DNA of 64,000 nucleotides from Escherichia coli (GCF_030013595.1 NZ_CP122768.1); one strand, 5' to 3'. Shown: positions 11,574 to 25,078, counted from the first letter of the stretch. Numbers and translations are program-made. Notes: generated from the letters alone by a model not told the origin.

Positions 11574-12035
11574 ATGATTGAATGGCAAGATCTGCATCAC
11601 TCTGAATTATCGGTTTCCCAGCTTTATGCCTTATTACAACTGCGTTGCGCGGTGTTTGTTGTTGAGCAGAATTGCCCTTATCAGGATATCGATGGTGATG
11701 ATTTGACGAGGGATAATCGCCATATTCTCGGTTGGAAAAATGATGAACTGGTGGCGTATGCGAGGATTCTGAAAAGTGATGATGATCTTGAGCCGGTCGT
11801 TATTGGTCGGGTGATTGTTAGTGAAGCGTTGCGTGGCGAAAAAGTGGGGCAGCAGCTGATGAATAAAACACTCGAAACATGTACGCGTCACTGGCCTGAT
11901 AAACCTGTTTATCTCGGGGCGCAGGCGCATCTGCAAAACTTCTACCAGAGTTTTGGCTTTATCCCTGTGACGGAGGTCTATGAAGAAGATGGTATCCCAC
12001 ACATTGGGATGGCACGCGAGGTAATTCAGGCGTAA
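11574..12035 (+). CDS. elaA: GNAT-family N-acetyltransferase ElaA
   Basis: 153-aa ORF recognised as ElaA. Confidence 0.85.
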   Translation: MIEWQDLHHSELSVSQLYALLQLRCAVFVVEQNCPYQDIDGDDLTRDNRHILGWKNDELVAYARILKSDDDLEPVVIGRVIVSEALRGEKVGQQLMNKTLETCTRHWPDKPVYLGAQAHLQNFYQSFGFIPVTEVYEEDGIPHIGMAREVIQA

Positions 12036-12089
12036 TCAATAACCCTTGTCTATAGTTAGTGACAGGTTTTACGCAAATGGAGAACGAGA

Positions 12090-12395
12090 ATGTCTAATCA
12101 GTTTGGTGATACACGTATCGATGATGACCTGACGCTGCTTAGTGAAACACTGGAAGAGGTGCTCCGCTCCTCTGGCGATCCCGCCGATCAGAAATATGTT
12201 GAGCTGAAAGCGCGTGCAGAAAAAGCGCTGGATGATGTGAAAAAACGGGTTAGCCAGGCTTCAGACAGTTATTACTATCGGGCGAAGCAGGCTGTTTATC
12301 GTGCTGATGACTACGTCCACGAAAAACCCTGGCAAGGAATTGGTGTGGGCGCGGCCGTTGGGCTGGTACTAGGACTGTTGCTGGCACGCCGTTAA
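12090..12395 (+). CDS. elaB: ElaB, DUF883 membrane-anchored stress protein
   Basis: 101-aa ORF with C-terminal hydrophobic anchor. Confidence 0.85.
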   Translation: MSNQFGDTRIDDDLTLLSETLEEVLRSSGDPADQKYVELKARAEKALDDVKKRVSQASDSYYYRAKQAVYRADDYVHEKPWQGIGVGAAVGLVLGLLLARR

Positions 12396-12410
12396 AACCT
12401 CCCTACACCG

Positions 12411-12446
12411 GGGTACTGCATTTTTTTTTGTAGTACCCCGTATAAT
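12411..12446 (+). terminator. elaB terminator hairpin (GGGGTACT...AGTACCCC around a T9 tract) with adjacent TATAAT hexamer, a candidate menF -10
   Basis: inverted repeat 12411-12440, then tataat at 12441-12446, 29 nt before menF GTG start. Confidence 0.5.
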
Positions 12447-12474
12447 GTGAGGCTTTTAACAGGGAGAGGTCCGC

Positions 12475-13770
12475 GTGCAATCACTTACTACGGCGCTGGA
12501 AAATCTACTGCGCCATTTGTCGCAAGAGATTCCGGCGACACCCGGCATTCGGGTTATTGATATTCCTTTCCCTCTCAAAGACGCTTTTGATGCCTTGAGC
12601 TGGCTGGCCAGTCAGCAAACGTACCCGCAATTCTACTGGCAACAACGTAATGGTGATGAAGAAGCTGCCGTCCTGGGTGCGATTACCCGTTTTACGTCGT
12701 TGGACCAGGCACAAACGTTTCTTCGTCAGCACCCGGAACACGCCGACTTACGCATCTGGGGGCTGAATGCGTTTGACCCGTCGCAGGGTAATTTGCTTTT
12801 ACCACGCCTCGAATGGCGACGTTGTGGCGGTAAAGCCACGCTGCGGCTGACGCTATTCAGCGAAAGCTCCCTTCAGCATGATGCGATTAAGGCAAAAGAA
12901 TTTATCGCCACACTGGTGAGTATTAAACCCTTGCCTGGGTTACATTTAACCACCACCCGAGAACAACACTGGCCGGACAAAACGGGCTGGACGCAATTAA
13001 TCGAACTGGCAACGAAAACCATCGCCGAAGGTGAGCTCGACAAAGTGGTGCTTGCTCGGGCAACTGACCTGCATTTCGCAAGTCCGGTCAATGCGGCAGC
13101 GATGATGGCTGCCAGTCGTCGGCTCAATCTGAATTGCTACCATTTTTACATGGCCTTTGATGGCGAAAATGCTTTTCTTGGTTCTTCACCGGAACGGTTA
13201 TGGCGGCGGCGTGACAAAGCGCTGCGTACCGAAGCGCTGGCGGGAACGGTAGCAAATCATCCTGATGATAAGCAGGCGCAGCAGTTAGGTGAGTGGCTGA
13301 TGGCGGATGATAAAAACCAGCGCGAGAACATGTTGGTGGTGGAGGATATCTGCCAACGATTACAGGCCGATACCCAAACGCTGGATGTTTTACCGCCGCA
13401 GGTACTGCGTCTGCGTAAAGTGCAGCATCTTCGCCGCTGTATCTGGACTTCACTCAACAAAGCGGATGATGTGATCTGTTTACATCAGTTGCAGCCAACG
13501 GCAGCAGTTGCTGGCTTACCGCGCGATCTGGCGCGACAGTTTATCGCCCGTCACGAACCGTTCACCCGAGAATGGTACGCCGGTTCTGCGGGCTATCTCT
13601 CTTTACAACAAAGCGAATTCTGCGTTTCCCTGCGCTCAGCAAAAATCAGCGGCAATATCGTGCGGCTATATGCTGGCGCGGGCATTGTCCGTGGCTCCGA
13701 CCCCGAGCAAGAGTGGCAGGAAATCGACAACAAAGCGGCAGGGCTGCGTACTTTATTACAAAGGGAATAG
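12475..13770 (+). CDS. menF: Isochorismate synthase (menaquinone-specific)
   Basis: 431-aa ORF, GTG start preceded by AGGGAGAGG; chorismate-binding family; followed by menDHBCE. Confidence 0.9.
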   Translation: MQSLTTALENLLRHLSQEIPATPGIRVIDIPFPLKDAFDALSWLASQQTYPQFYWQQRNGDEEAAVLGAITRFTSLDQAQTFLRQHPEHADLRIWGLNAFDPSQGNLLLPRLEWRRCGGKATLRLTLFSESSLQHDAIKAKEFIATLVSIKPLPGLHLTTTREQHWPDKTGWTQLIELATKTIAEGELDKVVLARATDLHFASPVNAAAMMAASRRLNLNCYHFYMAFDGENAFLGSSPERLWRRRDKALRTEALAGTVANHPDDKQAQQLGEWLMADDKNQRENMLVVEDICQRLQADTQTLDVLPPQVLRLRKVQHLRRCIWTSLNKADDVICLHQLQPTAAVAGLPRDLARQFIARHEPFTREWYAGSAGYLSLQQSEFCVSLRSAKISGNIVRLYAGAGIVRGSDPEQEWQEIDNKAAGLRTLLQRE

Positions 13771-13858
13771 TAATGAGTCGCATCATTACCGATTCATATC
13801 AATAATCTATTTTTGTAGCTCCTTATACTTAGCCGCAATATTGATACCGGACAAACTC

Positions 13859-15529
13859 ATGTCAGTAAGCGCATTTAACCGACGCTGGGCGGCGGTCATT
13901 CTGGAAGCATTAACGCGTCACGGCGTCAGACACATCTGTATCGCCCCAGGCTCGCGTTCTACACCGTTAACGTTAGCGGCGGCGGAGAATTCCGCATTCA
14001 TTCACCACACCCATTTCGATGAGCGTGGGTTGGGGCATCTGGCGCTGGGGCTGGCGAAAGTCAGCAAGCAGCCGGTGGCGGTGATTGTGACCTCCGGCAC
14101 GGCGGTGGCAAATCTCTATCCGGCACTGATTGAAGCCGGGTTAACCGGAGAAAAACTGATTCTCTTAACCGCCGATCGCCCGCCGGAGCTAATTGACTGC
14201 GGCGCGAATCAGGCAATTCGCCAGCCGGGAATGTTCGCCTCTCACCCCACGCACAGTATTTCACTGCCGCGCCCGACCCAGGATATCCCCGCACGTTGGC
14301 TGGTTTCTACCATCGACCACGCTTTAGGCACGCTGCATGCGGGTGGGGTCCATATCAACTGCCCGTTTGCCGAACCGCTTTATGGCGAGATGGACGATAC
14401 CGGACTTAGCTGGCAACAACGTCTTGGCGACTGGTGGCAGGGCGATAAGCCGTGGCTGCGTGAAGCGCCTCGTCTGGAAAGTGAAAAACAGCGCGACTGG
14501 TTCTTCTGGCGGCAAAAACGCGGCGTGGTGGTTGCCGGGCGCATGAGTGCGGAAGAGGGCAAAAAAGTTGCCCTGTGGGCGCAAACTCTTGGCTGGCCGC
14601 TGATTGGCGACGTGCTGTCGCAAACCGGACAGCCGCTGCCGTGTGCCGATCTTTGGTTAGGCAATGCCAAAGCGACCAGCGAACTGCAACAGGCGCAAAT
14701 TGTGGTGCAGCTGGGAAGCAGCCTGACGGGCAAGCGGCTCCTGCAATGGCAGGCAAGCTGTGAACCCGAAGAGTACTGGATTGTTGATGACATTGAAGGG
14801 CGACTTGATCCGGCACACCATCGTGGACGCCGCTTAATTGCCAATATTGCCGACTGGCTGGAGCTGCATCCGGCAGAAAAACGCCAGCCCTGGTGCGTTG
14901 AAATCCCGCGCCTGGCAGAACAGGCAATGCAGGCGGTTATTGCCCGTCGAGATGCGTTTGGCGAAGCGCAACTGGCGCATCGCATCAGCGACTATCTGCC
15001 TGAACAGGGGCAATTGTTTGTTGGTAACAGCCTGGTGGTACGTCTGATAGATGCGCTTTCGCAACTTCCAGCAGGTTACCCGGTGTACAGCAACCGTGGG
15101 GCCAGCGGTATCGACGGACTGCTTTCTACTGCCGCCGGCGTTCAGCGTGCCAGTGGCAAACCGACGCTGGCGATTGTGGGCGATCTCTCAGCACTTTACG
15201 ATCTCAACGCGCTGGCGTTATTACGTCAGGTTTCCGCGCCGCTGGTATTAATTGTGGTGAACAACAACGGCGGGCAAATTTTCTCGCTGTTGCCAACGCC
15301 GAAAAAAGAGCGCGAGCGTTTCTATCTGATGCCGCAAAACGTCCATTTTGAGCACGCCGCCGCGATGTTCGAGCTGAAATATCATCGTCCGCAAAACTGG
15401 CAGGAACTTGAAACGGCACTTGCCGACGCCTGGCGCACGCCGACCACCACGGTAATTGAAATGGTGGTTAACGATACCGATGGTGCGCAAACCCTCCAGC
15501 AACTGCTGGCGCAGGTAAGCCATTTATGA
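13859..15529 (+). CDS. menD: SEPHCHC synthase (2-succinyl-5-enolpyruvyl-6-hydroxy-3-cyclohexene-1-carboxylate synthase), ThDP-dependent
   Basis: 556-aa product from ATG at 13859 ([10 protein letters not shown]...); the ORF-track 5' extension to 13508 overlaps menF and is not believed. Confidence 0.9.
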   Translation: MSVSAFNRRWAAVILEALTRHGVRHICIAPGSRSTPLTLAAAENSAFIHHTHFDERGLGHLALGLAKVSKQPVAVIVTSGTAVANLYPALIEAGLTGEKLILLTADRPPELIDCGANQAIRQPGMFASHPTHSISLPRPTQDIPARWLVSTIDHALGTLHAGGVHINCPFAEPLYGEMDDTGLSWQQRLGDWWQGDKPWLREAPRLESEKQRDWFFWRQKRGVVVAGRMSAEEGKKVALWAQTLGWPLIGDVLSQTGQPLPCADLWLGNAKATSELQQAQIVVQLGSSLTGKRLLQWQASCEPEEYWIVDDIEGRLDPAHHRGRRLIANIADWLELHPAEKRQPWCVEIPRLAEQAMQAVIARRDAFGEAQLAHRISDYLPEQGQLFVGNSLVVRLIDALSQLPAGYPVYSNRGASGIDGLLSTAAGVQRASGKPTLAIVGDLSALYDLNALALLRQVSAPLVLIVVNNNGGQIFSLLPTPKKERERFYLMPQNVHFEHAAAMFELKYHRPQNWQELETALADAWRTPTTTVIEMVVNDTDGAQTLQQLLAQVSHL

Positions 15530-16284
15530 TCCTGTACGCGCAGGCAAAACACGGCAAACCAGGTTTACCCTGGCTGGTGTTTTTGCACGGTTTTTCCGGC
15601 GATTGCCACGAATGGCAAGAAGTGGGCGAGGCGTTTGCCGACTACTCACGGTTGTATGTTGATCTCCCAGGTCACGGTGGTTCGGCGGCGATTAGCGTCG
15701 ATGGATTTGATGATGTCACCGACTTACTGCGTAAAACCCTGCTTAGTTACAACATCCTTAACTTCTGGTTGGTGGGGTACTCGCTTGGCGGACGGGTGGC
15801 GATGATGGCGGCTTGCCAGGGGCTGGCGGGGCTTTGTGGGGTTGTTGTCGAAGGCGGGCATCCTGGGTTGCAAAATGCTGAACAACGCACGGAACGTCAG
15901 CGTTCCGATCGCCAATGGGCGCAGCGTTTTCGCACAGAACCGTTAACGGCGGTATTTGCTGACTGGTATCAACAGCCTGTTTTTGCCTCACTCAATGACG
16001 AACAACGCCGGGAGCTGGTTGCGCTGCGCAGCAACAATAATGGCGCAACGCTTGCCGCCATGCTGGAGGCGACTTCTCTCGCCGTCCAGCCCGATTTACG
16101 TGCTAACCTTAGCGCCCGCACATTTGCGTTTTATTATTTATGTGGTGAACGTGACAGCAAATTCCGCGCTCTGGCGGCGGAACTGGCTGCCGACTGCCAT
16201 GTCATTCCTCGCGCCGGACATAACGCGCACCGGGAAAATCCCGCTGGCGTAATCGCAAGTCTGGCGCAGATCTTGCGTTTCTGA
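15526..16284 (+). CDS. menH: SHCHC synthase, alpha/beta hydrolase
   Basis: 252-aa ORF, ATGA overlap with menD, GYSLGG nucleophile motif. Confidence 0.9.
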
Positions 16285-16298
16285 CTAAAGGACACAAT

Positions 16299-17156
16299 AT
16301 GATTTATCCTGATGAAGCAATGCTTTACGCACCGGTTGAATGGCACGACTGCTCCGAAGGTTTTGAGGACATTCGTTATGAAAAATCCACCGACGGTATC
16401 GCAAAAATCACCATTAATCGTCCGCAGGTGCGCAATGCCTTCCGTCCTCTGACGGTAAAAGAGATGATCCAGGCACTGGCAGATGCGCGTTATGACGACA
16501 ACATCGGCGTGATCATTCTGACTGGCGCAGGCGATAAAGCGTTCTGCTCCGGTGGTGACCAGAAAGTGCGTGGTGATTACGGCGGCTATAAAGATGATTC
16601 CGGCGTACATCACCTGAACGTGCTGGACTTCCAGCGTCAGATTCGTACCTGTCCGAAACCGGTTGTCGCGATGGTGGCTGGCTACTCCATCGGCGGCGGT
16701 CACGTTCTGCACATGATGTGCGACCTGACTATCGCGGCAGATAATGCCATCTTCGGTCAGACTGGCCCGAAAGTCGGTTCCTTCGACGGCGGCTGGGGCG
16801 CTTCCTACATGGCGCGCATCGTCGGGCAGAAAAAAGCGCGTGAAATCTGGTTCCTGTGCCGTCAGTACGACGCGAAACAGGCGCTGGATATGGGCCTTGT
16901 AAACACCGTGGTACCGCTGGCGGATCTGGAAAAAGAAACCGTCCGCTGGTGCCGCGAAATGCTGCAAAACAGCCCGATGGCGCTGCGTTGTCTGAAAGCT
17001 GCGCTGAACGCCGACTGTGACGGTCAGGCAGGTCTGCAGGAGCTGGCAGGTAACGCCACCATGCTGTTCTATATGACGGAAGAAGGTCAGGAAGGTCGCA
17101 ACGCTTTCAACCAGAAACGTCAGCCTGATTTCAGCAAATTTAAACGGAATCCGTAA
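16299..17156 (+). CDS. menB: 1,4-dihydroxy-2-naphthoyl-CoA synthase (crotonase fold)
   Basis: 285-aa ORF recognised as MenB. Confidence 0.95.
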
Positions 17157-18118
17157 TGCGTAGCGCGCAGGTATACCGCTGGCAGATCCCCATGGACGCG
17201 GGGGTGGTTCTGCGCGACAGGCGGTTAAAAACCCGCGACGGGCTGTATGTTTGCCTGCGTGAGGGCGAGCGCGAAGGGTGGGGGGAGATCTCCCCACTGC
17301 CGGGCTTCAGCCAGGAAACCTGGGAAGAGGCGCAAAGCGTGCTGCTTGCCTGGGTAAATAACTGGCTGGCAGGCGATTGCGAGCTACCGCAGATGCCTTC
17401 CGTCGCCTTTGGCGTAAGCTGTGCATTGGCGGAGCTGGCAGACACGCTCCCGCAGGCAGCCAATTATCGTGCTGCGCCGCTGTGTAATGGCGATCCTGAC
17501 GATCTGATCCTCAAACTTGCCGATATGCCTGGCGAGAAAGTGGCGAAGGTCAAAGTGGGATTGTACGAAGCCGTGCGCGACGGCATGGTGGTCAATCTGT
17601 TGCTGGAGGCAATTCCGGATCTGCATTTGCGTCTTGACGCGAACCGCGCCTGGACGCCGCTGAAAGGCCAGCAGTTTGCCAAATACGTTAACCCGGATTA
17701 TCGCCACCGCATTGCTTTTCTCGAAGAGCCGTGCAAAACCCGCGATGATTCGCGAGCGTTTGCCCGTGAAACCGGCATTGCCATTGCCTGGGATGAAAGC
17801 TTGCGCGAGCCGGATTTTGCCTTTGTCGCTGAACAGGGCGTGCGCGCGGTAGTTATCAAACCCACGCTCACGGGCAGCCTGGAGAAAGTACGTGAGCAGG
17901 TGCAGGCGGCGCACGCGTTGGGGCTGACGGCGGTGATCAGTTCTTCTATTGAGTCGAGCTTAGGCTTAACGCAATTGGCGCGGATTGCCGCCTGGTTAAC
18001 GCCAGACACCATTCCGGGGCTGGACACGCTGGATCTGATGCAGGCGCAGCAGGTTCGTCGCTGGCCGGGTAGCCCGCTACCGTTAGTGGAAGTTGATGCA
18101 CTGGAGCGGCTGTTATGA
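17156..18118 (+). CDS. menC: o-succinylbenzoate synthase (enolase superfamily)
   Basis: 320-aa ORF, overlap-coupled to menB. Confidence 0.93.
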   Translation: MRSAQVYRWQIPMDAGVVLRDRRLKTRDGLYVCLREGEREGWGEISPLPGFSQETWEEAQSVLLAWVNNWLAGDCELPQMPSVAFGVSCALAELADTLPQAANYRAAPLCNGDPDDLILKLADMPGEKVAKVKVGLYEAVRDGMVVNLLLEAIPDLHLRLDANRAWTPLKGQQFAKYVNPDYRHRIAFLEEPCKTRDDSRAFARETGIAIAWDESLREPDFAFVAEQGVRAVVIKPTLTGSLEKVREQVQAAHALGLTAVISSSIESSLGLTQLARIAAWLTPDTIPGLDTLDLMQAQQVRRWPGSPLPLVEVDALERLL

Positions 18119-19470
18119 TCTTCTCTGACTGGCCGTGGCGTCACTGGCGGCAAGTGCGGGGAGAAGCCATCGCCTTACGTCTTAATGACGAGCAACTTAA
18201 CTGGCGCGAGCTTTGTGCTCGCGTCGATGAATTAGCCTCCGGCTTTGCGGCGCAGGGCGTTGTTGAGGGCAGCGGCGTGATGTTGCGGGCGTGGAATACG
18301 CCGCAAACGCTGCTCGCCTGGCTGGCGTTACTGCAATGCGGGGCGCGGGTGTTGCCCGTGAACCCTCAGCTGCCGCAACCGTTGCTTGAAGAATTGCTGC
18401 CCAATCTGACGCTGCAATTTGCGCTGGTGCCGGATGGGGAAAACACGTTTCCGGCGTTAACGTCGCTGCACATTCAGCTGGTTGAAGGCGCACATGCCGC
18501 TGCGTGGCAGCCGACGCGTCTGTGCTCAATGACGTTAACCTCTGGCTCCACTGGCTTGCCGAAAGCCGCTGTTCATACTTACCAGGCCCATCTTGCCAGC
18601 GCTGAAGGGGTGTTATCGCTAATTCCGTTTAGCGATCACGATGACTGGCTGCTCTCTTTACCGCTGTTTCACGTCTCTGGTCAGGGAATTCTGTGGCGCT
18701 GGTTATACGCTGGTGCGCGGATGACGGTACGCGATAAACAACCGCTGGAGCAAATGCTGGCAGGTTGTACTCACGCATCGTTGGTGCCGACGCAGCTCTG
18801 GCGTTTACTGGTTAACCGCAGTTCCGTTTCCCTGAAAGCGGTGTTACTTGGCGGCGCGGCTATCCCGGTCGAGTTGACGGAACAGGCACGCGAGCAGGGG
18901 ATTCGTTGCTTTTGCGGCTATGGTCTGACCGAGTTCGCTTCCACGGTTTGCGCGAAAGAAGCGGACGGCCTGGCTGACGTCGGTTCGCCGCTGCCGGGGC
19001 GGGAAGTGAAAATCGTTAACGACGAAGTGTGGCTGCGGGCTGCCAGTATGGCAGAAGGTTACTGGCGTAACGGGCAACTGGTGGCACTGGTTAATGACGA
19101 AGGCTGGTACGCTACGCGCGATCGCGGTGAGATACATAATGGCAAGCTGACCATTGTCGGACGTTTAGATAATCTGTTCTTCAGTGGCGGTGAGGGTATT
19201 CAGCCGGAAGAAGTCGAGCGCGTTATTGCTGCACATCCTGCGGTTTTGCAGGTGTTTATCGTCCCCGTTGCCGACAAGGAGTTTGGTCATCGGCCGGTAG
19301 CGGTGGTGGAGTATGACCAGCAAACCGTTGATCTTAGTGAATGGGTGAAAGATAAGCTGGCCCGTTTTCAGCAACCTATACATTGGCTGACGTTGCCGCC
19401 AGAGTTAAAAAACGGCGGCATTAAGATTTCACGTCAGGCGCTAAAAGAGTGGGTGCAACGCCAGGATTAA
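18115..19470 (+). CDS. menE: o-succinylbenzoate-CoA ligase
   Basis: 451-aa ORF with AMP-binding motif (TSGSTGLPK). Confidence 0.93.
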   Translation: MIFSDWPWRHWRQVRGEAIALRLNDEQLNWRELCARVDELASGFAAQGVVEGSGVMLRAWNTPQTLLAWLALLQCGARVLPVNPQLPQPLLEELLPNLTLQFALVPDGENTFPALTSLHIQLVEGAHAAAWQPTRLCSMTLTSGSTGLPKAAVHTYQAHLASAEGVLSLIPFSDHDDWLLSLPLFHVSGQGILWRWLYAGARMTVRDKQPLEQMLAGCTHASLVPTQLWRLLVNRSSVSLKAVLLGGAAIPVELTEQAREQGIRCFCGYGLTEFASTVCAKEADGLADVGSPLPGREVKIVNDEVWLRAASMAEGYWRNGQLVALVNDEGWYATRDRGEIHNGKLTIVGRLDNLFFSGGEGIQPEEVERVIAAHPAVLQVFIVPVADKEFGHRPVAVVEYDQQTVDLSEWVKDKLARFQQPIHWLTLPPELKNGGIKISRQALKEWVQRQD

Positions 19471-19522
19471 GAAATCATTAGTTTCACTTCGCAATTTTGC
19501 CATTCCATTGCCGTTGATAATA

Positions 19523-19539
19523 GGTTTATCTGTTAATCT
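19523..19539 (+). promoter_or_regulatory. Candidate PhoP box upstream of pmrD (GGTTTA-n5-TAATCT)
   Basis: direct hexamer repeat resembling the PhoP consensus (T/G)GTTTA-n5-(T/G)GTTTA; second half-site is degenerate. Confidence 0.3.
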
Positions 19540-19579
19540 GTAAATTAATGTGAAAATTCTTATCAAACAGGGTGGTGCA

Positions 19580-19846
19580 ATGGAATGGCTGGTTAAAAAG
19601 TCATGCTGTGATAAACAAGATAACAGACATGTACTTAAGCTTTGTGATGCTGGTGGCACGATAAAAATGATCGCCGAAGTGAAGAGTGACTTCGCCGTGA
19701 AAGTGGGGGATTTACTCTCGCCTTTGCAGAATGCGCTTTATTGTATTAATCGTGAAAAGCTGCATACGGTGAAAGTCCTCTCGGCAAGCAGTTATAGCCC
19801 CGATGAGTGGGAACGGCAGTGTAAAGCGGCAGGGAAAACTCAGTAA
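19580..19846 (+). CDS. pmrD: PmrD connector protein (PhoPQ to PmrAB signalling)
   Basis: 88-aa product starting [11 protein letters not shown]...; the ORF-track start at 19550 is 10 codons upstream. Confidence 0.85.
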
Positions 19847-20226
19847 CGTTGTTTTGTCGTGGGCAGGAAAATCAGCATCAACCCGCTCATAATACAGGCT
19901 ACTCCCAGTAGTGCTTTCAGCGAAAAAGTCCCTTCCCAGCCGGGAAGTACCATTGAAGCAATCCATACCAGCACATAACTCATACTGAGCAAGGCATAGG
20001 CTTTGCTTAGTGCAAGTTTATGTAGTGTTTTATACCAACAAAAAACGGAAAGCAGATAACCCAGCAGCCCGAGTAACAGTATCCGGGCATCCAGGCCAAA
20101 AGCTAACAGCGCCGCGATAAAATCCCATAAGTGCGTCATCGGCGGCAGATGACTCGCCGCAAAACCCAGGCTTAATTGCGCAGCGGAGGCGATAATGACG
20201 CTGAATAATCCCCACATCAGGCCCAT
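19840..20226 (-). CDS. arnF: Undecaprenyl-phosphate-L-Ara4N flippase subunit ArnF
   Basis: 128-aa product from internal ATG (MGLMWGLF...) of ORF 19840..20508; 3' end convergently overlaps pmrD by 7 nt. Confidence 0.85.
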
Positions 20227-20561
20227 TACACGGTACTCCCGAGGATCACAATGCCACCAATAATGAACGCCACCCCACACCAGTGACGCGGCGATACCGG
20301 TTCGTGCCACAGTTTTACTGCAGCCAGCGTCACCCAGACAAAATTCAGACTTAACATCGGGTAGGCAATGCCTACCGGTACGTTCTGCAAGACCAGCAGC
20401 CAGAGCACCATGGCAAGACCAAGACAAGCCAGCGCCAGTCCCAGCCACAGCACGATATGTTTGCGCCGTTTGTTTATCGCCACAAAGCAGGTTGCCTGTT
20501 TCTGACACAACTGCCCGGCAACGCTAAGCAAGCTGGCAAAGACTAATGTTAGCCAGATCAT
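20226..20561 (-). CDS. arnE: Undecaprenyl-phosphate-L-Ara4N flippase subunit ArnE
   Basis: 111-aa membrane ORF, 1-nt overlap with arnF. Confidence 0.88.
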
Positions 20562-22210
20562 TTGGGACGATACTGAATCAGCACCAGACGCTCCTGACGA
20601 TCGATGGCATCTGCGGGCGGAATGGCGAGACTGTTGATATCTTCATCGCGGTCAACCGAAAGCACGAGTGTAATAATCCCCTCCTGACGATGTTGATTAA
20701 GCCAGTTTGCGAACTCATCACCGCTGACAAATCTCCCTTTCGCATCCGGATAATTAAGGCCGTATTTCAACTCACCTGTCTGGCGATACATGATGATGTC
20801 ATCGCGTTGCAGGCTCCATGCCAGACCTGCGGCAACACCGACGCTATCAGTGAGAATATAGCGGCTTGGCTGAAGTGATTCTTGTGTCATCTCGACAAAA
20901 AATTGCGGATGTTTTCCTTCCATGACTCTGTCAGGAATTGAAAATCCTACCAGCAACGCCAGCCCCAGCGGGCAAAGCGCGGCAAAAGACCAGGTCTTTT
21001 CGACGTTTGTTAAGGTGTACCAGCCGAAAAATGCCCATAGCGAAAAAATCGACCAGGCACAAAAGACTTTATAGCTCTCGAAGGTTTGCCACACCGGCGT
21101 GCTCATAGGTCCCCAGGGGGAGACCACAAACGTAGCAATAATGCCAGTGACGCCAAAAGCGATGTTAATCCAGCCATTAATCCGCAACGCCAGAGGATTA
21201 TTTTTTGCTGCCAGCAAAGCGTAATGCGCCATCAGCATTGCCAGAGGTGCAAAGCAGGAAAGAATATAGGTAGGCAATTTGCCTTTGGCGACGGAGAAAA
21301 ACAGCAGCGGCATTATCGTCCAGCTCAACAAATAGACGGTTGCGGAATGCTTGCGGTTTTTCCAGCCTGTGTACAGTGCTCCGGGGAGTAATCCCAGCCA
21401 CGGCAGGCTACCGGCAATGATGACCGGCAAGTAGTACCAGAACGGAGCTCTATGTTGGGCATCATCCAGTGCAAAGCGTTGAATATGCTCAACCCAGAAA
21501 AAATAGTGCCAGAAGTCAGGCTCCCGCTGCGCTATCGCCAGTCCCCAGGGGAGAACCGTCAGTACGCAACTGATGACCGCCAGCCAGCCGTAAATAAAGA
21601 GATCTTTCCAGCGTTTTTGCGTCGCCACCCATGGCAGCACGCTTAATACCGGCACGGCAAGGGCGAGAAAACCTTTGGTCATCACCCCCATGCCGCAGGT
21701 GATTCCCAGCAGTAAAAATCCGGCGCTTTTGCCTTTCCACGTCTGTGCCTGCATTGCCAGCCAGAAGCTGCACATTCCCGCCACCAGCCAGAATGCAATA
21801 AACGGATCGAGCACGGCATAAGTGCCGATGGCATAGACAATGAACAATGAGAGGTAAATCACTGCGGCGAGTAATGCCAGACGTTTATCGCGCCATAAGC
21901 GCAGAGTAAACCAGGTCACCAGCGCGGCAGTTAACAGGGTCGCAAAGATAACGCCTGCCCGCACACCAAAGTTATTCGCGCCAAATAGCCATTGCCCAAT
22001 GCTGTTAATCCAGTATCCGGCAATGGGTTTTTCGAAATAACGTAGCCCTAACAAATGGGGCACAATCCAGTCGCCGGATGCCAGCATTTCTCGACTGATT
22101 TCCGCATAACGCGTTTCATCGGGTTGCCATAGCAGACGCGTGCTGATCGGTAACAGGTAATAGCAGGCAATAAACGCGAAGAGGCCGATAAGGTAACGTA
22201 CCGATTTCAT
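20558..22210 (-). CDS. arnT: Lipid A L-Ara4N transferase
   Basis: 550-aa polytopic glycosyltransferase ORF. Confidence 0.93.
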
Positions 22211-23100
22211 CAGCGACTACCCGCAATTTGTTGGCAACCCAGCCAGCCTTCACGTCCGGCAATATTTCCGCGAACAACTTGTCCGAGCGGCAACGTCCCT
22301 GATAACAGTTCGCTTAAAGGGCAAAATGTCACGCCTTCCTGGGCTGCGCGTTTCAGGAGATCCACAAAATTATGCTGATAAGCGCAGCCTTCAACTTCTG
22401 CATGAATGGTATAAACCGGCGTGCCTTTATCTCGCAGGATGCGGTTGAGTAACCAACCGTTAAAATCTTCTGCTTTCACATCCCGACCAATCACTTCATC
22501 CCAGGTGGGTAAGGTCACCGGAATTTGCGCAGTGCCAGGGTTTCCTGATTCGAGCAGTGGCCGAAACGGCATGGCCCCACGACAATCGCTGTTGTAGCGC
22601 AAATGGAACGCTTCTTTTGCTTCGATCACCTGCTGGTCGGCACGCCAGCCCGCAGCGGCAGAACAGGTTACCGGTTGACCGATAATCTCTTCCAGAGTGC
22701 GAAGGCCGCGTGCAATATCGTCGACCAATGTTTGCCGATCCCAGTTACCGCTATGGGCTTGCCAGGCATGGTGATCCCAGGCGTGCAGGCCGACTTCGTG
22801 ATGTTTAGCTGCTTCACGAATGATATCGGCATTGGCATGACCAATCTCTTTACCCGGCCAGGCCGTACCTGCCAGTAAAATATCCCAGCCATAAAGCGAT
22901 GCCGCGTTTGAGCGCAGCATCTTCCACAAAAACTGTGGCTTCACCAGTCGCCAGAGATGGCGGCCCATATTGTCCGGGCCGACGCTGAAAAAAATGCTGG
23001 CCTGAATATTATGCTTACTCAAGATTTCCAGCAGACGCGGCACGCCTTCACGGGTGCCACGAAAGGTATCGACATCAATGCGTAAGCCTACTTTTGTCAT
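22210..23100 (-). CDS. arnD: 4-deoxy-4-formamido-L-arabinose-phosphoundecaprenol deformylase
   Basis: 296-aa polysaccharide-deacetylase-like ORF. Confidence 0.92.
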   Translation of the reverse strand: MTKVGLRIDVDTFRGTREGVPRLLEILSKHNIQASIFFSVGPDNMGRHLWRLVKPQFLWKMLRSNAASLYGWDILLAGTAWPGKEIGHANADIIREAAKHHEVGLHAWDHHAWQAHSGNWDRQTLVDDIARGLRTLEEIIGQPVTCSAAAGWRADQQVIEAKEAFHLRYNSDCRGAMPFRPLLESGNPGTAQIPVTLPTWDEVIGRDVKAEDFNGWLLNRILRDKGTPVYTIHAEVEGCAYQHNFVDLLKRAAQEGVTFCPLSELLSGTLPLGQVVRGNIAGREGWLGCQQIAGSR

Positions 23101-25078
23101 GATGGTTTATCCGTAAGCTCGACGGTGCGCAAGAAGAAATCCAGCGTTTCGTCGATGGTTTCCTGCATATCAATTTTCGGCTCCCAGTCCAGGCAGCGGC
23201 GGGCATTGCGGATGCTTGGTTTACGATGCTCTACGTCCTGATATCCTTTGCCGTAGTAGCTGCTACTTTCGACAACGCGAAAGCCCGCAAACGGTGGGAA
23301 GTGATGGCGCAGCGGATGTTTTTCGAAGCTCGCCAGCAGCATCTCGCCCAGTTCCTCAATGCTCGCTTCGTTATCAGGATTGCCAATGTTGATAATTTCG
23401 CCGTCGCAGCGATTTCCCGCATTTTCGATAATGCGGTATAACGCCTCGATACCATCGCGAATATCAGTAAAGCAGCGTTTTTGTTTTCCGCCATCAATCA
23501 GCTTAATCGGTGAACCCTCTACCAGATTGAGAATGAGTTGCGTAATAGCGCGGGAGCTGCCGATTCGTGCCGCATTAAGGTTATCCAGTCGTGGTCCCAT
23601 CCAGTTAAACGGGCGGAAGAGGGTGAACTGTAAACCCTCTTTTTCGCCATAGGCCCAGATCACCCGATCAAGTAATTGTTTTGACACCGAATAAATCCAG
23701 CGTGGTTTATTCACCGGGCCGACGGTTAAATTAGAATGGTCCTCATCGAAGTATTTATCGCTACACATCCCATAAACTTCTGAAGTTGACGGGAAGATGA
23801 TTCGCTTACGGTACTTCACGCAGTAGCGGATAATGCGCAGATTCTCTTCAAAATCGAGTTCAAATACGCGCAACGGGTTGCGGGTATATTCAATCGGCGT
23901 GGCTATCGCCACCAGCGGCAAGACGACATCACATTTTTTGACGTGATACTCAATCCATTCGGAATGAATACTTATATCGCCTTCGACAAAGTGAAAATGC
24001 GGATGATTCAGAAAACGGCTTATCGCATCGCTGCCGATATCCAGACCGTAAACTTCATAATGATCTTCGCGCAGCAGGCGTTCTGTCAGATGGTTGCCAA
24101 TAAAGCCATTCACCCCGAGGATGAGTACCCGGGTACGGCGTCGGGCGGTGCAGGCAGGCTGGCTATTCAAGCGTGAACCTTGCACCAGGCCCAGCGTCTG
24201 CGCTAATTGCGAGCCCTGCATAGTAATGCCGTCGCCCGCCTGTCCGGTGACGATTTCCAGCGCGCCATCGCCACAGGCAATCAGCAGTGGCGCTACAGAA
24301 ATCACGCTCCCCGGCTGTGCTTTGCTGGCATGAGGATGAACACGCGACGACCAGACGGTAAATTTCTGATTACCAACATAGCTGAAGGCACCCGGCCACG
24401 GATCGGCAACGGCACGCACCATGTTGTGCAGCACGGATGCCGGTTTATGCCATTCGAGGAAACTGTCATTCGGCGTTCTGCGACCAAAACAGGTGGCTTC
24501 GTTTTCGCGCTGGGCGATTTCCAGAATATTACCGTGTTTAATGGCGGGTAATGTCTGCTCCAGTAGCTGGCGCGCGGCATGGCACAATTTATGATGCAGC
24601 GTAATGGCGATATCGTCTGGCGCAATGGCAATGCGCAGTTGCGCCACAATGGCCCCGGCATCGGCACGTTTCACCATTCGGTGCAATGTAACGCCAGTTT
24701 CCGTTTCACCGTTCACCAGCACCCAGTTCAGCGGCGCACGACCACGATATTTTGGTAACAGCGAACCGTGCAGATTAAATGCACCTGCGGGAGCGAGCTG
24801 CAAAATCTCGTCGCAAATAAGATGGCGATAATAAAAAGAGAAAATCACCTCTGGTGAGAGTTGGGCAATACGTTCCACCCACAGCGGATGATTAACGTTA
24901 TCCGGCGCATAAACCGGAATGCCTCTTTCCGCCGCCAGACGAGCCACCGAACCATAAAAGGCTTTTTCACCGGGATTATCGGTATGGGTAAAAATGGCGC
25001 TAATTTCGTAACCGGCAGACAGCAGGGCTTCAATACCGAGGCATCCCATATCGTGGTAGGCAAAAACGACGGTTTTCA

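Noticed and set aside
13508..13858. 5' extension of the menD ORF overlapping the menF 3' end
   Set aside because: Artefact of open-frame extension; menD starts at ATG 13859 ([10 protein letters not shown]). Similar ORF-track extensions were trimmed for arnF, ais, glpB, glpC, glpQ, nrdB, ubiG, rhmD, rhmT, rhmA, rbn, yfaA and yfaT.
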